Assembly (NCBI GenBank): GCA_965227295.1
Contig: OZ245742.1
Location: forward strand, 2,368,001 to 2,432,000
Length of the DNA stretch: 64,000 nucleotides
Direction: 5' to 3'
Source of the DNA: Leptonemataceae bacterium
Lineage (GTDB): Bacteria; Spirochaetota; Leptospiria; Leptospirales; Leptonemataceae
A program made the translations under genes and the position numbers. This document shows positions 1 through 9,210 of the stretch, piece after piece; position 1 is the stretch's first letter, and each line of letters starts with the position of its first letter. The notes beneath the pieces are model-generated. The model saw only the letters and a program-made list of their open reading frames with translations. It was not told the DNA's origin and made no database searches.

Positions 1-274
1 GGGCAAGTCTGCCGTACAAGACGAAGCCCGCTGACCGAATGGGGGCACGAGTAGATCAGGCGGGTGCGGAAGGAAAGCCATCGTTCTTACCCGGGGAGGT
101 CTGCGTGCACGGCGTCTTAAATGGCGCGGAAGATCGGGCGACCGATATTCCAGGGTGCGCGCAGAAGTCAGCAGAGGCCATAGTAAGCCGTGCGATGCAG
201 TTTCCAGAGCGATAGGCATCAAACGGACGAAGGGCCGAACGATATTTCAGAGGGGAAAGCGGTAATCCTGAATC

Positions 275-1690
275 ATGCAGTATGAGCTGGACTTCGTGTT
301 GGCGGTATCATGCCCGGCGATTACCGGTGGAAACCTCGCGGATGAATCGAGGATGAGTGATAAGAATCACGCAACGACGAATCTGATGGATCGGATTCTT
401 GAGCGCGAGAACATGGAACGTGCGTTGCGCCGGGTCATTTCCAATAAAGGGAAGCCCGGCGTGGACGGTGTAACGGTGGAGGCGCTCAAGCCGTATCTTA
501 AGGTACATTGGGAACGTATTAAGCAAGAGCTTCGTGACGGTCGCTACCGACCGCAGCCGGTGCGCCGGGTGGAAATCCCGAAGCCGGACGGCGGCGTGCG
601 TCTGCTGGGTATCCCATGTGCCGTGGATCGTTTGATCCAGCAGGCCGTGTTACAGGTTCTGAATCCGATCTTCGATGCGAAATTCTCGGAATCCAGCTAC
701 GGTTTCCGGCCGGGGCGCAGTGCTCACGATGCGGTGCGCGCGGCCCGGGATCACGTACGCGCCGGATTCACGATCGTCGTGGACATCGACATCGAAAAGT
801 TTTTCGACAACGTAAACCACGACATCTTGATGGCCCGGGTTGCACGCACGCTCAAAGACAAAGCGGTGCTGAAGCTGCTGCGTCGCTATCTCCAGGCGGG
901 CGTGCTGATTAACGGCGTGCGTCTGGTGGGCGAAGAGGGTGTGCCGCAGGGTGGGCCGATCAGCCCGCTGCTGGCGAACATCATGCTGGACGACCTGGAC
1001 CGGGAACTGGAAAAACGCGGCCATCGCTTCTGTCGTTACGCCGATGATTGCAACATCTATGTGCGATCCATGGGCGCGGGACGCAGGGTGAAGGCGAGCA
1101 TTACTAAGTTCCTGGAAAAGAAACTTAAGCTGCGGGTGAACCCGGCGAAGAGTGCGGTGGATTATCCCCGGAAACGTAAGTTCCTGGGGTTTCGCATCCT
1201 GCGCCGCAAGAAGGGCGGGGTGCAAATCTTTATCGCGGAGCGTTCCATCGAACGACTGAAGGACGGCATCCGGCGGCTCACCAGAGCCCGGACGCCGATC
1301 TCATTCGAGGAACGCATCCGCCGACTGGTCGTGTATCTGCGCGGCTGGGCGGCATATTTCGCGCCGGGCGAAAACACCGCGGCCTTGAGCAAGATCTCCC
1401 AGTGGATGCGCCATCGGCTGCGCATGTGTCTGTGGCGACAGTGGCGACTCCCGCGAACTCAGATTCGGGAACTCACCAACAGAGGGCTCTCCTTGCGAGA
1501 TGCATTCCGGCTCGTCACCATGGCACGCAGCAAAGGCCCCTGGCGCATCTCCGGCACTCACCTGATGGGAATCGCCTTCTCTCCCGGCTACTTTCGCCGG
1601 CTCGGCCTCCTGAACATCGAAGAATTTTGCTTACGTAGCCGTCAAGGATATCGAACCGCCGTATACGGACCCGTACGTACGGTGGTGTGA
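275..1690 (+). CDS. ltrA: Group II intron reverse transcriptase/maturase without an HNH endonuclease domain; true start may be ~80-110 nt downstream
   Basis: Motifs NKGKPGVDG, RLLGIP, SYGFRPGRSAHDA, DIEKFFD, PQGGPISPLLANI, RYADD, FLGF and maturase RGWAAYF. The ORF reads through domain V. Confidence 0.95.
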   Translation: MQYELDFVLAVSCPAITGGNLADESRMSDKNHATTNLMDRILERENMERALRRVISNKGKPGVDGVTVEALKPYLKVHWERIKQELRDGRYRPQPVRRVEIPKPDGGVRLLGIPCAVDRLIQQAVLQVLNPIFDAKFSESSYGFRPGRSAHDAVRAARDHVRAGFTIVVDIDIEKFFDNVNHDILMARVARTLKDKAVLKLLRRYLQAGVLINGVRLVGEEGVPQGGPISPLLANIMLDDLDRELEKRGHRFCRYADDCNIYVRSMGAGRRVKASITKFLEKKLKLRVNPAKSAVDYPRKRKFLGFRILRRKKGGVQIFIAERSIERLKDGIRRLTRARTPISFEERIRRLVVYLRGWAAYFAPGENTAALSKISQWMRHRLRMCLWRQWRLPRTQIRELTNRGLSLRDAFRLVTMARSKGPWRISGTHLMGIAFSPGYFRRLGLLNIEEFCLRSRQGYRTAVYGPVRTVV

Positions 1691-1723
1691 GGGGCGGCGG
1701 GGAGAACCCGCCGCCTACTCGAT
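1653..1723 (+). ncRNA. Group II intron catalytic domain V and branch-site domain VI
   Basis: Short IIC-type DV followed by ggggcggcgg-ggagaa-cccgccgcctactc with a bulged A and a terminal AT. Confidence 0.92.
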
Positions 1724-4700
1724 CCCACATGCTTCTCGCGCGTAAACGCAAACGGCGAGGCCTGGGCCTATGCGCGCGCAACGACGGACGCGGCGAGTTT
1801 CAACAACGGCATGACGGCGTTGTACAACGCCGACGTTGCGGGACAGGCGGTGATCTACGCGGCGGGGCTGGGATTTCTGTTTCAGTTGTATGCGAAGGAC
1901 ACGGCGTTCAAGGATCAACTGGATCGTGCGATGGATCGGCTGTACGGATTGCCGACGACGAACCTGGTGCAACAGGGCAACGAACTGAAGAACCTGTACG
2001 CGGAACTGCACCGGCTCACGGACATAGACAGCGTGGAGAAACTGCGGGATGTGCTGGACGATCCGGAGTACGGCTTAACCGCGGATGATGTGGCATTAAT
2101 CCAGGGCAGCGGAACGTTAGATCAACTGATCTGGAAGGGCGGCAAAGAGGACTTAAGCCTGGATGATGTGGTGGGCGCGAACGGCCTGCCGATTGCGCAG
2201 GATAAGGCGATTCATGATGAGTTTGGATTTTATGTGCGAGACGGGGAATTTTCGGCCGGCAATATCACTGCGAATCCGACAGGGACGGACAAATACGGCC
2301 GCAGAATCGCACTGATGGTGAGCGCCGATGAATTCACGGACGCACTCGCGGCGATGTCACAGACGCAGTACGAGATCGAACGCGAAGAGTACTTCCGGGC
2401 AGCAGAGACAATGACGGAAGACCGTGTACAGGCGGACATGGTGACGATCCTGGATGAACGCGAAGAGTTCTATGGCACGTTGATGCAACAGGCCGCCAGC
2501 GTGGGCGTGCAGTTTGAAATGTACCGCAAACTCGCGGAAGACTATCACGGCGAAGGCGGCGTGGTAGACCAGGTGGCGGAGCTGGAGATCCAACAGCGAG
2601 TCGCATCCCAGAGACACGAATGGGACCTGCGCATGGAACAGTTCCGCAAGAAACGCCAGGAGTGGGGTGAAAACATTGCGCAGCTTACGAACGTGGGCGA
2701 GCAGAAGTGGAGCGACATGACCACCGAGATGGCCACGGCATGGAACGAGTGGCGGAAAGACTTCGACGCCGAAGCTAAGGCAGCGGAAGATCTGTACCTC
2801 GAACGTATTTCGGAAGCGATTGTAGACGAGCAGGAGTGGACGCAGGAATTCACAACGCTGGCGGCGCAAGGGGCGGACGAGCAGACGTTAAGAGAGCTGT
2901 ACGACGAAATCAATGAGATGGTGACGAATCTCAGAAGCGGCCTAGCGGCGGATATGCAGGTGGAGATCAACGCGAATGAGATCCTGAACCGCGTGCTGGC
3001 GAATAAACCGGACACACTGAACGAAAGCGTGGTGATGGCGGGGGAGTATGCCAACACGCAGATTTTCCTGGATGAGCTGAAGGACCAGAACTTCGACAAC
3101 AGCATTCAGGATCGTTATGATGATCTCAATGAACGTTACGGAGAAATGGCGCAGCGGCTCGTTAGACTGCAAAGCCTGGATAGTCTGTACGGATTGATTG
3201 ACCTGTTCGATGAAACGATCGCAGAAGCGAACGCCAGATTACAGTTGCAGATGGACCAGAAGATGGGCCAGACGAACTGGGTGAAGATGGGCGACTTGTA
3301 TACGAAGCAGATCAAAACGGCACAGGCAGTGCTTACGGGACAGCCGAGCATTCCCGTGTTTGCGCCTTCGTTCCACGATTACTTTTACTTGAAGCCGGAC
3401 CTCCGCAGTGAAGCGGTGGTGAAAGACTCGGAAGGCAAAGAGTGGAACCTAACAGACACTGAGTCCATATTAGCAGACGGCGGACCGAGCAGCGCGGAAC
3501 TGGAGAGCATGGTGCGCCTGGTGCGCAACAAACTGGAGAAGGAGTTCGAGCAAACCTACGATCCGGATGAGGAGGTGGACTACGAGGGCACCAGTGGATT
3601 GGTGTTCATTAACTGGCAACAGGCGCTGGCCGATGCGAGTGCGGCGGCGATTAACCCCTCCACGTGTAACTTAGCGGAAAGCATGGATGAATGCGCCCGG
3701 AACATTATGCAGTCCGGGTATACCGTGGGCCTTGTGGAAGGCGGAACGTTTGGACGCCACCACTTCGAGGAATACTACCGCGCACTGACAATCCGCAACT
3801 TCTTCGACCAGATGGAAGCAGACGGTAGAGCTATGCGCGAGAGTACCGGTGGACGCATGGGCCGGGACTTCGGGACGAACTTAACGGCCTTGCACCGTGG
3901 TGCGGTGCGGAACATGAGTTCCGCTCTCGATGTGCTGGAACGTAATTCGAAGTACGTCCAGATGCTTCAGGTTGCGAACAGGCAGTTACCGATTGCTCAG
4001 GCGCAAATCGGCGCGGCGCGGCGCGGACTGGATCAATACGAAGACATGAACCAGCGTGTGCGGGTGGGACTGAGCAAGGGCTGGCAGCGGAACGACGATG
4101 AGATCGACGCCGTGATTAAAGTCGGCGGCACGATTGTGGCGGGTGTGCTGTATGCCGTCTCGTTCGTCTTTCCTCCGGCGGCAGCCATCGCTTCCGGTGT
4201 TCTTGCAGCAGTAGGTTCGTACTCCGGAGTGCGGGGTAGCTACGAAGGCGGCACGAAAGGCGCGCTGGCGGGAGCGGCGAGTGTGGTGCCGGCGATCGTT
4301 AGTAAAGGTGCGGTGAATACAAACTTAAGCTACACGTTTCAGGAGGGCTGGAGTGTCGGCGTGGGCGCGGAGGTTTCGAAAGGCGTCGGCCTTGGTGTGA
4401 GCTATTCGGAACAAGCGGGTTGGGGTGGTAGCATCTCTCTCAGCGGCTCTCAGGGTGTCGGTCTTGATTTCAGCATTGGTGAGCAGGGTCGTTACGGTGT
4501 GGGCTTGAGTGTCGGCGGCTTATGGCAGACAGGGGATGCGAGTGGCGGTGCAGACCTGGGCTGGCGCGTTGGTTACAACACGGGGCCGGAAGGCGAAACC
4601 TATAGTGTCGGTCTGACGGGGTATGGCGGAGAGAAATACGGTCCGAATGGCAACGTCGGTATCGGTGTAACCTACAATCAGAATTTAGGTAACGGCTATT

Positions 4701-6217
4701 ACATTAGTGGCGGAGCGAACGGCGGCGCCGGGTCCGGTTACTTCGGTGGAACGGCAAGCTGGAACTGGACGCGTTTCGGCGGCAGTTCGGCCACGTTCGG
4801 TCTGACGTATAAGCCGCCGCGGCCTGATGATGACGGCAGTCCGATCGATACGCCGGAGGAGAAAACGGCGTTGGATATGTTTCTCGCCGCCGCACGGCGT
4901 GAGGCCGGTGAGGTCTGGGATGATGTCGGCGGCGGGCTTGGATGGCTGGGCGAGCAGGTGGCCGGCGGGTTTGGATGGTTGGGTGGTGCCGTTACTGGCG
5001 GTCTCGCGAGTGTGGCCGGAGCGCTGGGTTGGGAGAGTGGTGCGAATTGGTTGGCAGGGAATGGGTATGTCGACAACGCCACGGCGGAAGCGAATCAGCT
5101 GGCGGAGTTTCGGGCTTATGCCGCGAGAAAAGCGGAATTGGAACAATTAAAGCTAGGGCTAAGAGAAGGGAAAGTCCTAGTTAGAGAAACGGAAGATGGC
5201 CGTTGGATCTTTGTGGATGTCGAAACAGGAGAGTTCTATACTGACGATCCATTCGTTGGAGGACTCGTTCGTTCCGATGAAGAAGGTGTCTTCTATCTAG
5301 CTGGTCCGGTGGTTCCCCCGGCTTTGGCGGAAGCTATCGCGAAAGTGGAACAAACTATCGAAGATAGTGAACCCTTCCCGGATGCTGGAGATGCTGGCGA
5401 CGTTCTCGAGACAAGCGAAAAAATTCTTGAACAAGCAGAGCGACTGAAGAATTTCCGTAAGGCGTTGGGTGCACTCGGCAAGCTTCTTTCCGCGTATGAT
5501 ACTATTAATGATTCGGTGACAAGCATTAAGACACTGTCTGAGCGAGCAGAGGTGCAGGAGGAAATTGAGAGACTTGCCTTGAAGGAAATAGTTCATGACG
5601 AATGGGCCCGGAATACTGAAGCACGATACCGAGTGTCCCAGCGACTAAAAGAGCTAAACTCGGAACTGGGGAAAGTTACGACTACGGAGCAGCGGGAAAC
5701 TCTGACTCGGAGAATCCAACGGTTAGAGAGATTCCGTGATGAGGTACTATTACCTGCTAAACAGGAGCTTCTAATCCTAGAACGATTGAATCAATCTGTC
5801 GATAGAAGGCATAGCGGAGTCGGGGCGGCATTCAACGACTACTTAGAAATCGCCTATCCTTCAAAGGGAGCAGATCCATTCTACGATCCCCATTCAACAT
5901 TCGATTATGATGGGAACCCTCATGAACTGAATCTGACTGATCAAAGGAAGTTGAGGCTTCGGAGTGAGTATTACTCTGCTGTCGCATTGGGAGAGCAATA
6001 CTTCAATGAGACAGGTGCGAATGTGCGTTCACGGAGCATCTTTGGATGGCTTCCTTTTGGGGAATGGGGAAGCAAGGCTGGGAGAAAGCTCGATCAGCGC
6101 GGGTACGCGAGTCTCGATACGACTTTAAAGGGCTACTTGTGGCAAATGGCTTATCGGGCAGAAACTCTTCCAAACTGGCATGTGCGATATATCGATTTCG
6201 TTTCTGATAACTACTAA
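1724..6217 (+). CDS. 3' exon of a giant Leptospira 'longest protein' (TIGR04388-like) polymorphic toxin-like protein
   Basis: Frame is open from the first base after the intron (PTCFSRVNANGEAWAY...) into ORF 1811-6217, with no RBS before ATG 1811. Architecture: coiled-coil stalk, hydrophobic segment, Gly-rich beta-strand region, AT-richer unique C-terminus. Family assignment is from recalled similarity. Confidence 0.7.
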   Translation, partial: PTCFSRVNANGEAWAYARATTDAASFNNGMTALYNADVAGQAVIYAAGLGFLFQLYAKDTAFKDQLDRAMDRLYGLPTTNLVQQGNELKNLYAELHRLTDIDSVEKLRDVLDDPEYGLTADDVALIQGSGTLDQLIWKGGKEDLSLDDVVGANGLPIAQDKAIHDEFGFYVRDGEFSAGNITANPTGTDKYGRRIALMVSADEFTDALAAMSQTQYEIEREEYFRAAETMTEDRVQADMVTILDEREEFYGTLMQQAASVGVQFEMYRKLAEDYHGEGGVVDQVAELEIQQRVASQRHEWDLRMEQFRKKRQEWGENIAQLTNVGEQKWSDMTTEMATAWNEWRKDFDAEAKAAEDLYLERISEAIVDEQEWTQEFTTLAAQGADEQTLRELYDEINEMVTNLRSGLAADMQVEINANEILNRVLANKPDTLNESVVMAGEYANTQIFLDELKDQNFDNSIQDRYDDLNERYGEMAQRLVRLQSLDSLYGLIDLFDETIAEANARLQLQMDQKMGQTNWVKMGDLYTKQIKTAQAVLTGQPSIPVFAPSFHDYFYLKPDLRSEAVVKDSEGKEWNLTDTESILADGGPSSAELESMVRLVRNKLEKEFEQTYDPDEEVDYEGTSGLVFINWQQALADASAAAINPSTCNLAESMDECARNIMQSGYTVGLVEGGTFGRHHFEEYYRALTIRNFFDQMEADGRAMRESTGGRMGRDFGTNLTALHRGAVRNMSSALDVLERNSKYVQMLQVANRQLPIAQAQIGAARRGLDQYEDMNQRVRVGLSKGWQRNDDEIDAVIKVGGTIVAGVLYAVSFVFPPAAAIASGVLAAVGSYSGVRGSYEGGTKGALAGAASVVPAIVSKGAVNTNLSYTFQEGWSVGVGAEVSKGVGLGVSYSEQAGWGGSISLSGSQGVGLDFSIGEQGRYGVGLSVGGLWQTGDASGGADLGWRVGYNTGPEGETYSVGLTGYGGEKYGPNGNVGIGVTYNQNLGNGYYISGGANGGAGSGYFGGTASWNWTRFGGSSATFGLTYKPPRPDDDGSPIDTPEEKTALDMFLAAARREAGEVWDDVGGGLGWLGEQVAGGFGWLGGAVTGGLASVAGALGWESGANWLAGNGYVDNATAEANQLAEFRAYAARKAELEQLKLGLREGKVLVRETEDGRWIFVDVETGEFYTDDPFVGGLVRSDEEGVFYLAGPVVPPALAEAIAKVEQTIEDSEPFPDAGDAGDVLETSEKILEQAERLKNFRKALGALGKLLSAYDTINDSVTSIKTLSERAEVQEEIERLALKEIVHDEWARNTEARYRVSQRLKELNSELGKVTTTEQRETLTRRIQRLERFRDEVLLPAKQELLILERLNQSVDRRHSGVGAAFNDYLEIAYPSKGADPFYDPHSTFDYDGNPHELNLTDQRKLRLRSEYYSAVALGEQYFNETGANVRSRSIFGWLPFGEWGSKAGRKLDQRGYASLDTTLKGYLWQMAYRAETLPNWHVRYIDFVSDNY

Positions 6218-7197
6218 TGAAGATCTATATAGTCGGTTTCAGTAGTCTATGCTTTGCTATTCTTGGGGGCATCCATTTCATTCTAGCTGATAGTTTGCTA
6301 GAAGTTGATTCTGGACGACCCGTTCGAAGCATCTTGGTGAATCGGGATCCATCTTTTGTGGCCATAGGTTCCGATTCAGTAGGCTTTCGTAGCAATATCG
6401 CAGTATTCTGGCCTGGTAAGACAAGACCGACTCGGCTTTCTGGAGAGCGGGCTGTATATGCGATGGTTTTTCATCAAGGCTCTAGAACTCTTTATGCTGC
6501 AGGTGAATTCGGATATATTGAGAGCTTTCGATTGCCGACTGGCAATAGGCTTAGGCCGATTAGTTTTCCCGATGTCGAAATTCTGGCCTTAACCAAGGCA
6601 GGAACTGACAAACTGATAATTGCCGGGCACAATACGCACAGTAATCAGCCGTACTTGGGCCTGTACAGTATTCGACAGAAAAAGGTGAGCAACTCTGTCT
6701 TGTTCGCTGAAACGCGTGGGCAGGCGTTCGTATCTGACGTACATTATCATGAGAAATCAAAGTTACTTTTGGTTATGTTGCAAAGGCGAATGTACGTCTA
6801 CGAACTACCGGATTTTGATAGAAAATATGACAGACAGTTGCGAGGTACAGTGATTAGGCAGGCCGTTTTTTCCAAAGATGGTGGAACAATCATCTGGGGC
6901 GGTCTGTTTGGCGAGCTTGGCGCAATCCAGATTGCAGCAAGCGGTTCGAGCTTGGTTAAAGCAGCTCATGAAGGAGAAATCTTGGGGTTGGCTGAGAGCG
7001 ATGACGGTCTACTCGTCACATCTGGAGATGATAAACAAGTCAAGGTGTGGTCTTCTTATTCTGGCGGTCTTGCGTTGGTCGGGACCTGGCAGAGCCCTAC
7101 GGTTGTTACAGAAATAGTCGCGGAAGCTGGGCGTTTGTATCTAGGTATGGCGGATGGAAACCTTGAAGTGCTAGCGATGGAAGATTTTATGAAGTGA
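6217..7197 (+). CDS. Exported WD40/beta-propeller protein, putative cognate immunity or partner protein; last 5 codons displaced by IS481
   Basis: TAATG overlap with the upstream gene, N-terminal signal peptide, WD-like repeat (AHEGEILGL...LVTSGDDKQVKVW), AT-rich like the adjacent variable C-terminus. Confidence 0.7.
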   Translation: MKIYIVGFSSLCFAILGGIHFILADSLLEVDSGRPVRSILVNRDPSFVAIGSDSVGFRSNIAVFWPGKTRPTRLSGERAVYAMVFHQGSRTLYAAGEFGYIESFRLPTGNRLRPISFPDVEILALTKAGTDKLIIAGHNTHSNQPYLGLYSIRQKKVSNSVLFAETRGQAFVSDVHYHEKSKLLLVMLQRRMYVYELPDFDRKYDRQLRGTVIRQAVFSKDGGTIIWGGLFGELGAIQIAASGSSLVKAAHEGEILGLAESDDGLLVTSGDDKQVKVWSSYSGGLALVGTWQSPTVVTEIVAEAGRLYLGMADGNLEVLAMEDFMK

Positions 7198-8349
7198 AAT
7201 AGTCAAGATTCCATCTGACACTCCGATATAATTTGTATCGGAGGAAAGAGATGACAGCAGAACAAAAAATCGTAAAGCACCGGGTGGGCATCTTGAGGCT
7301 GGCCCGTACTCTGAATAACGTTGCAGAGGCTTGCCGGGTGATGGGCGTATCACGCGATACGTTCTACCGGTATCAGCGGTTGTACGAGACCGGAGGCGAA
7401 GAGGCCCTGAAGGATCTCACGCGGCGCAAGCCGAACAAGAAGAACCGGATTCCGGCGGATGTGGAAGACGCGGTGATCGAGTTCACGTTCGAGAAGCCGG
7501 CGCACGGTCAATTGCGCGTGTCGAATGAGCTGCGCAAGCGCGGCGTTTCGATCTCACCGGGCGGCGTGCGTCAGGTCTGGTTGCGGCACGACATGGAGAC
7601 GTTCAAGAAGCGTCTGAAGGCCCTGGAAGCCCGCGTCGCGCAAGAGGGGATCATTCTCACCGAGGCACAGGTCGCGGCGCTTGAGAAAGGCCGCCAGGAC
7701 AAAGAAGCGCACGGCGAGGTCGAATCGCACCACCCCGGCTATCTGGGCTCGCAGGACACGTATTACGTGGGCAATATCAAGGGCGTGGGGCGGATCTACC
7801 AGCAGACCTTCATCGACACGTACGCTAAGGTCGGCTTTGCAAAACTTTACGATCGCAAGAACGCACTGACGGCGGCCGACTTGCTGAACGATCGTGTGTT
7901 GCCGTTCTACGCGGACTACAACATCCCGCTGCTGCGCGTGCTCACCGATCGCGGCACGGAGTACTGCGGCAAGCCGGAGAATCACGAGTACGAGTTGTAC
8001 CTCGCGATGGAGGACATCGATCACACCAAAACCAAAGCGCGGCATCCGCAAACGAACGGCGTCTGCGAACGCTTTCACAAGACGATTCAGGAAGAATTCT
8101 ACGCCGTCGCGTTTCGCAAGAAACTTTACTCAAGCATCGAGGAGCTGCAAGCCGATCTGGATGAATGGATGCTCGAGTATAACCAGGAACGGACGCACAG
8201 CGGCAAGTACTGCTTCGGCAAGACGCCGGCGCAAACGTTCGCTGAATCCATCGCCGTGGCGCGTGAAAAGATGCTGCATAAACAGCATCAGGTATCGACC
8301 TGATCATATCTGACAGGCAGGAGTGTCAGATCGGGTGTTGGCTAGTACA
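7195..8349 (+). mobile_element. IS481-family insertion sequence
   Basis: 26-bp imperfect terminal inverted repeats (TGAAATAGTCAAGATTCCATCTGACA / rc TGTACTAGCCAACACCCGATCTGACA) and direct repeat TATGAAG at 7188-7194 and 8350-8356. Confidence 0.95.
7251..8303 (+). CDS. IS481-family DDE transposase
   Basis: N-terminal HTH (NVAEACRVMGVSRDTFYR) and integrase core (QDTYYVG, LTDRGTEYCG, PQTNGVCERFHKT, YNQERTH). RBS GGAGG precedes ATG 7251. Confidence 0.95.
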   Translation: MTAEQKIVKHRVGILRLARTLNNVAEACRVMGVSRDTFYRYQRLYETGGEEALKDLTRRKPNKKNRIPADVEDAVIEFTFEKPAHGQLRVSNELRKRGVSISPGGVRQVWLRHDMETFKKRLKALEARVAQEGIILTEAQVAALEKGRQDKEAHGEVESHHPGYLGSQDTYYVGNIKGVGRIYQQTFIDTYAKVGFAKLYDRKNALTAADLLNDRVLPFYADYNIPLLRVLTDRGTEYCGKPENHEYELYLAMEDIDHTKTKARHPQTNGVCERFHKTIQEEFYAVAFRKKLYSSIEELQADLDEWMLEYNQERTHSGKYCFGKTPAQTFAESIAVAREKMLHKQHQVST

Positions 8350-8370
8350 TATGAAGCGAGTACATTCGCA

Positions 8371-8550
8371 ATGAGATTACTTCAGCGTTCCGCTATTGCT
8401 CAGGCAATTCTTACAGTAGTATGTTTCATTTTCTTTTCTCTCTTTGGGCCGGACATATGGCATGGTGATCTTAAAGCAGGATTATTCGTAGCCGGTGTGA
8501 TCATTTTTTTCGTTGTGCTTTTCTTGCTTGGGAAAGTCGGCCAAAACTAA
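8371..8550 (+). CDS. Small two-TM membrane protein (59 aa), possible accessory or orphan immunity protein
   Basis: Two hydrophobic segments. Its ATG overlaps the original stop (ATGA) of the WD40 gene once IS481 is removed. Confidence 0.6.
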   Translation: MRLLQRSAIAQAILTVVCFIFFSLFGPDIWHGDLKAGLFVAGVIIFFVVLFLLGKVGQN

Positions 8551-8574
8551 ATTCGAAATCCGTCCCCGATTACC

Positions 8575-8901
8575 ATGGCGATCGAAACGCAACCTAGTCG
8601 TAGCCGAATCCTGGCGATTTTCCTTATAGGAATTGCCGTAGTTAGCTTTGCCGGCATGACCTGGAATCTTTCCGGGAAGAGATCCGTTCTCGAAGAAGTA
8701 GGTGTATTTGAGTTATTGATAGCTGCTGCTCTTTTTGGGCTTCCCTTTATTTCTGCATGGGGTCTTTGGTTTCATCGGCCATGGAGCTACTTTTCTGCCC
8801 TACTTGTAGCTATCGGTTATGTATTCAATTTCCCAGTCGGAACAGTCGTTGCCGCAATTGTTTTTTGCCTTCTGATACTGTCCTGGTCCGAAAGGGATTA
8901 G
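8575..8901 (+). CDS. Small multi-TM membrane protein, possible orphan immunity protein
   Basis: 108 aa with 3-4 hydrophobic segments, AT-rich, same strand as the island genes. Confidence 0.65.
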   Translation: MAIETQPSRSRILAIFLIGIAVVSFAGMTWNLSGKRSVLEEVGVFELLIAAALFGLPFISAWGLWFHRPWSYFSALLVAIGYVFNFPVGTVVAAIVFCLLILSWSERD

Positions 8902-9034
8902 TTGTCTCTTCCGGTCGATGTGTAAAGGAGCAGTTAAATGCTTGCAAGTCGGCGCGAGCCAATCGAGTCCTTCAGCCAGACTGGCACCAGCAATACATAT
9001 TCGAAATCATTCAGAGGACGTCTTATGATTAGGT

Positions 9035-9210
9035 TGTAAGCTTGAAATACTCATCCACGCCTTCAAGCGGCTTCCCAATGATAAGTAGAATGCAGCCCGC
9101 CGAGCACAGGTCTTCGCAAGACCCGTACGTTATTTTTTTGGTGGCGGTTCTGTCTGACGGCCCTCCGGCGAACCGAGGTCCACAGACGCGTGCGTGCGGT
9201 GCCGATTGTA
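9035..9210 (-). pseudogene. Remnant of the 3' end of the integrase-core element at 13667+
   Basis: Aligns with 13667-13841, shares the end TGTAAGCTTGAAATAC and encodes ...PVLGGLHSTYHWEAA*. Confidence 0.85.

Larger units (their letters stand above)
1..1723 (+). mobile_element. Group II intron, class IIC-like; 5' end lies upstream of the window
   Basis: Intron-type motifs upstream of the ORF (gaaagcc...cttacccggggagg; gcagaagtcagcagaggccatagta), an RT/maturase ORF, domain V GAACCGCCGTATACGGACCCGTACGTACGGTGGTG with CGC triad, and domain VI hairpin ending CTACTCGAT at 1723. Confidence 0.93.
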
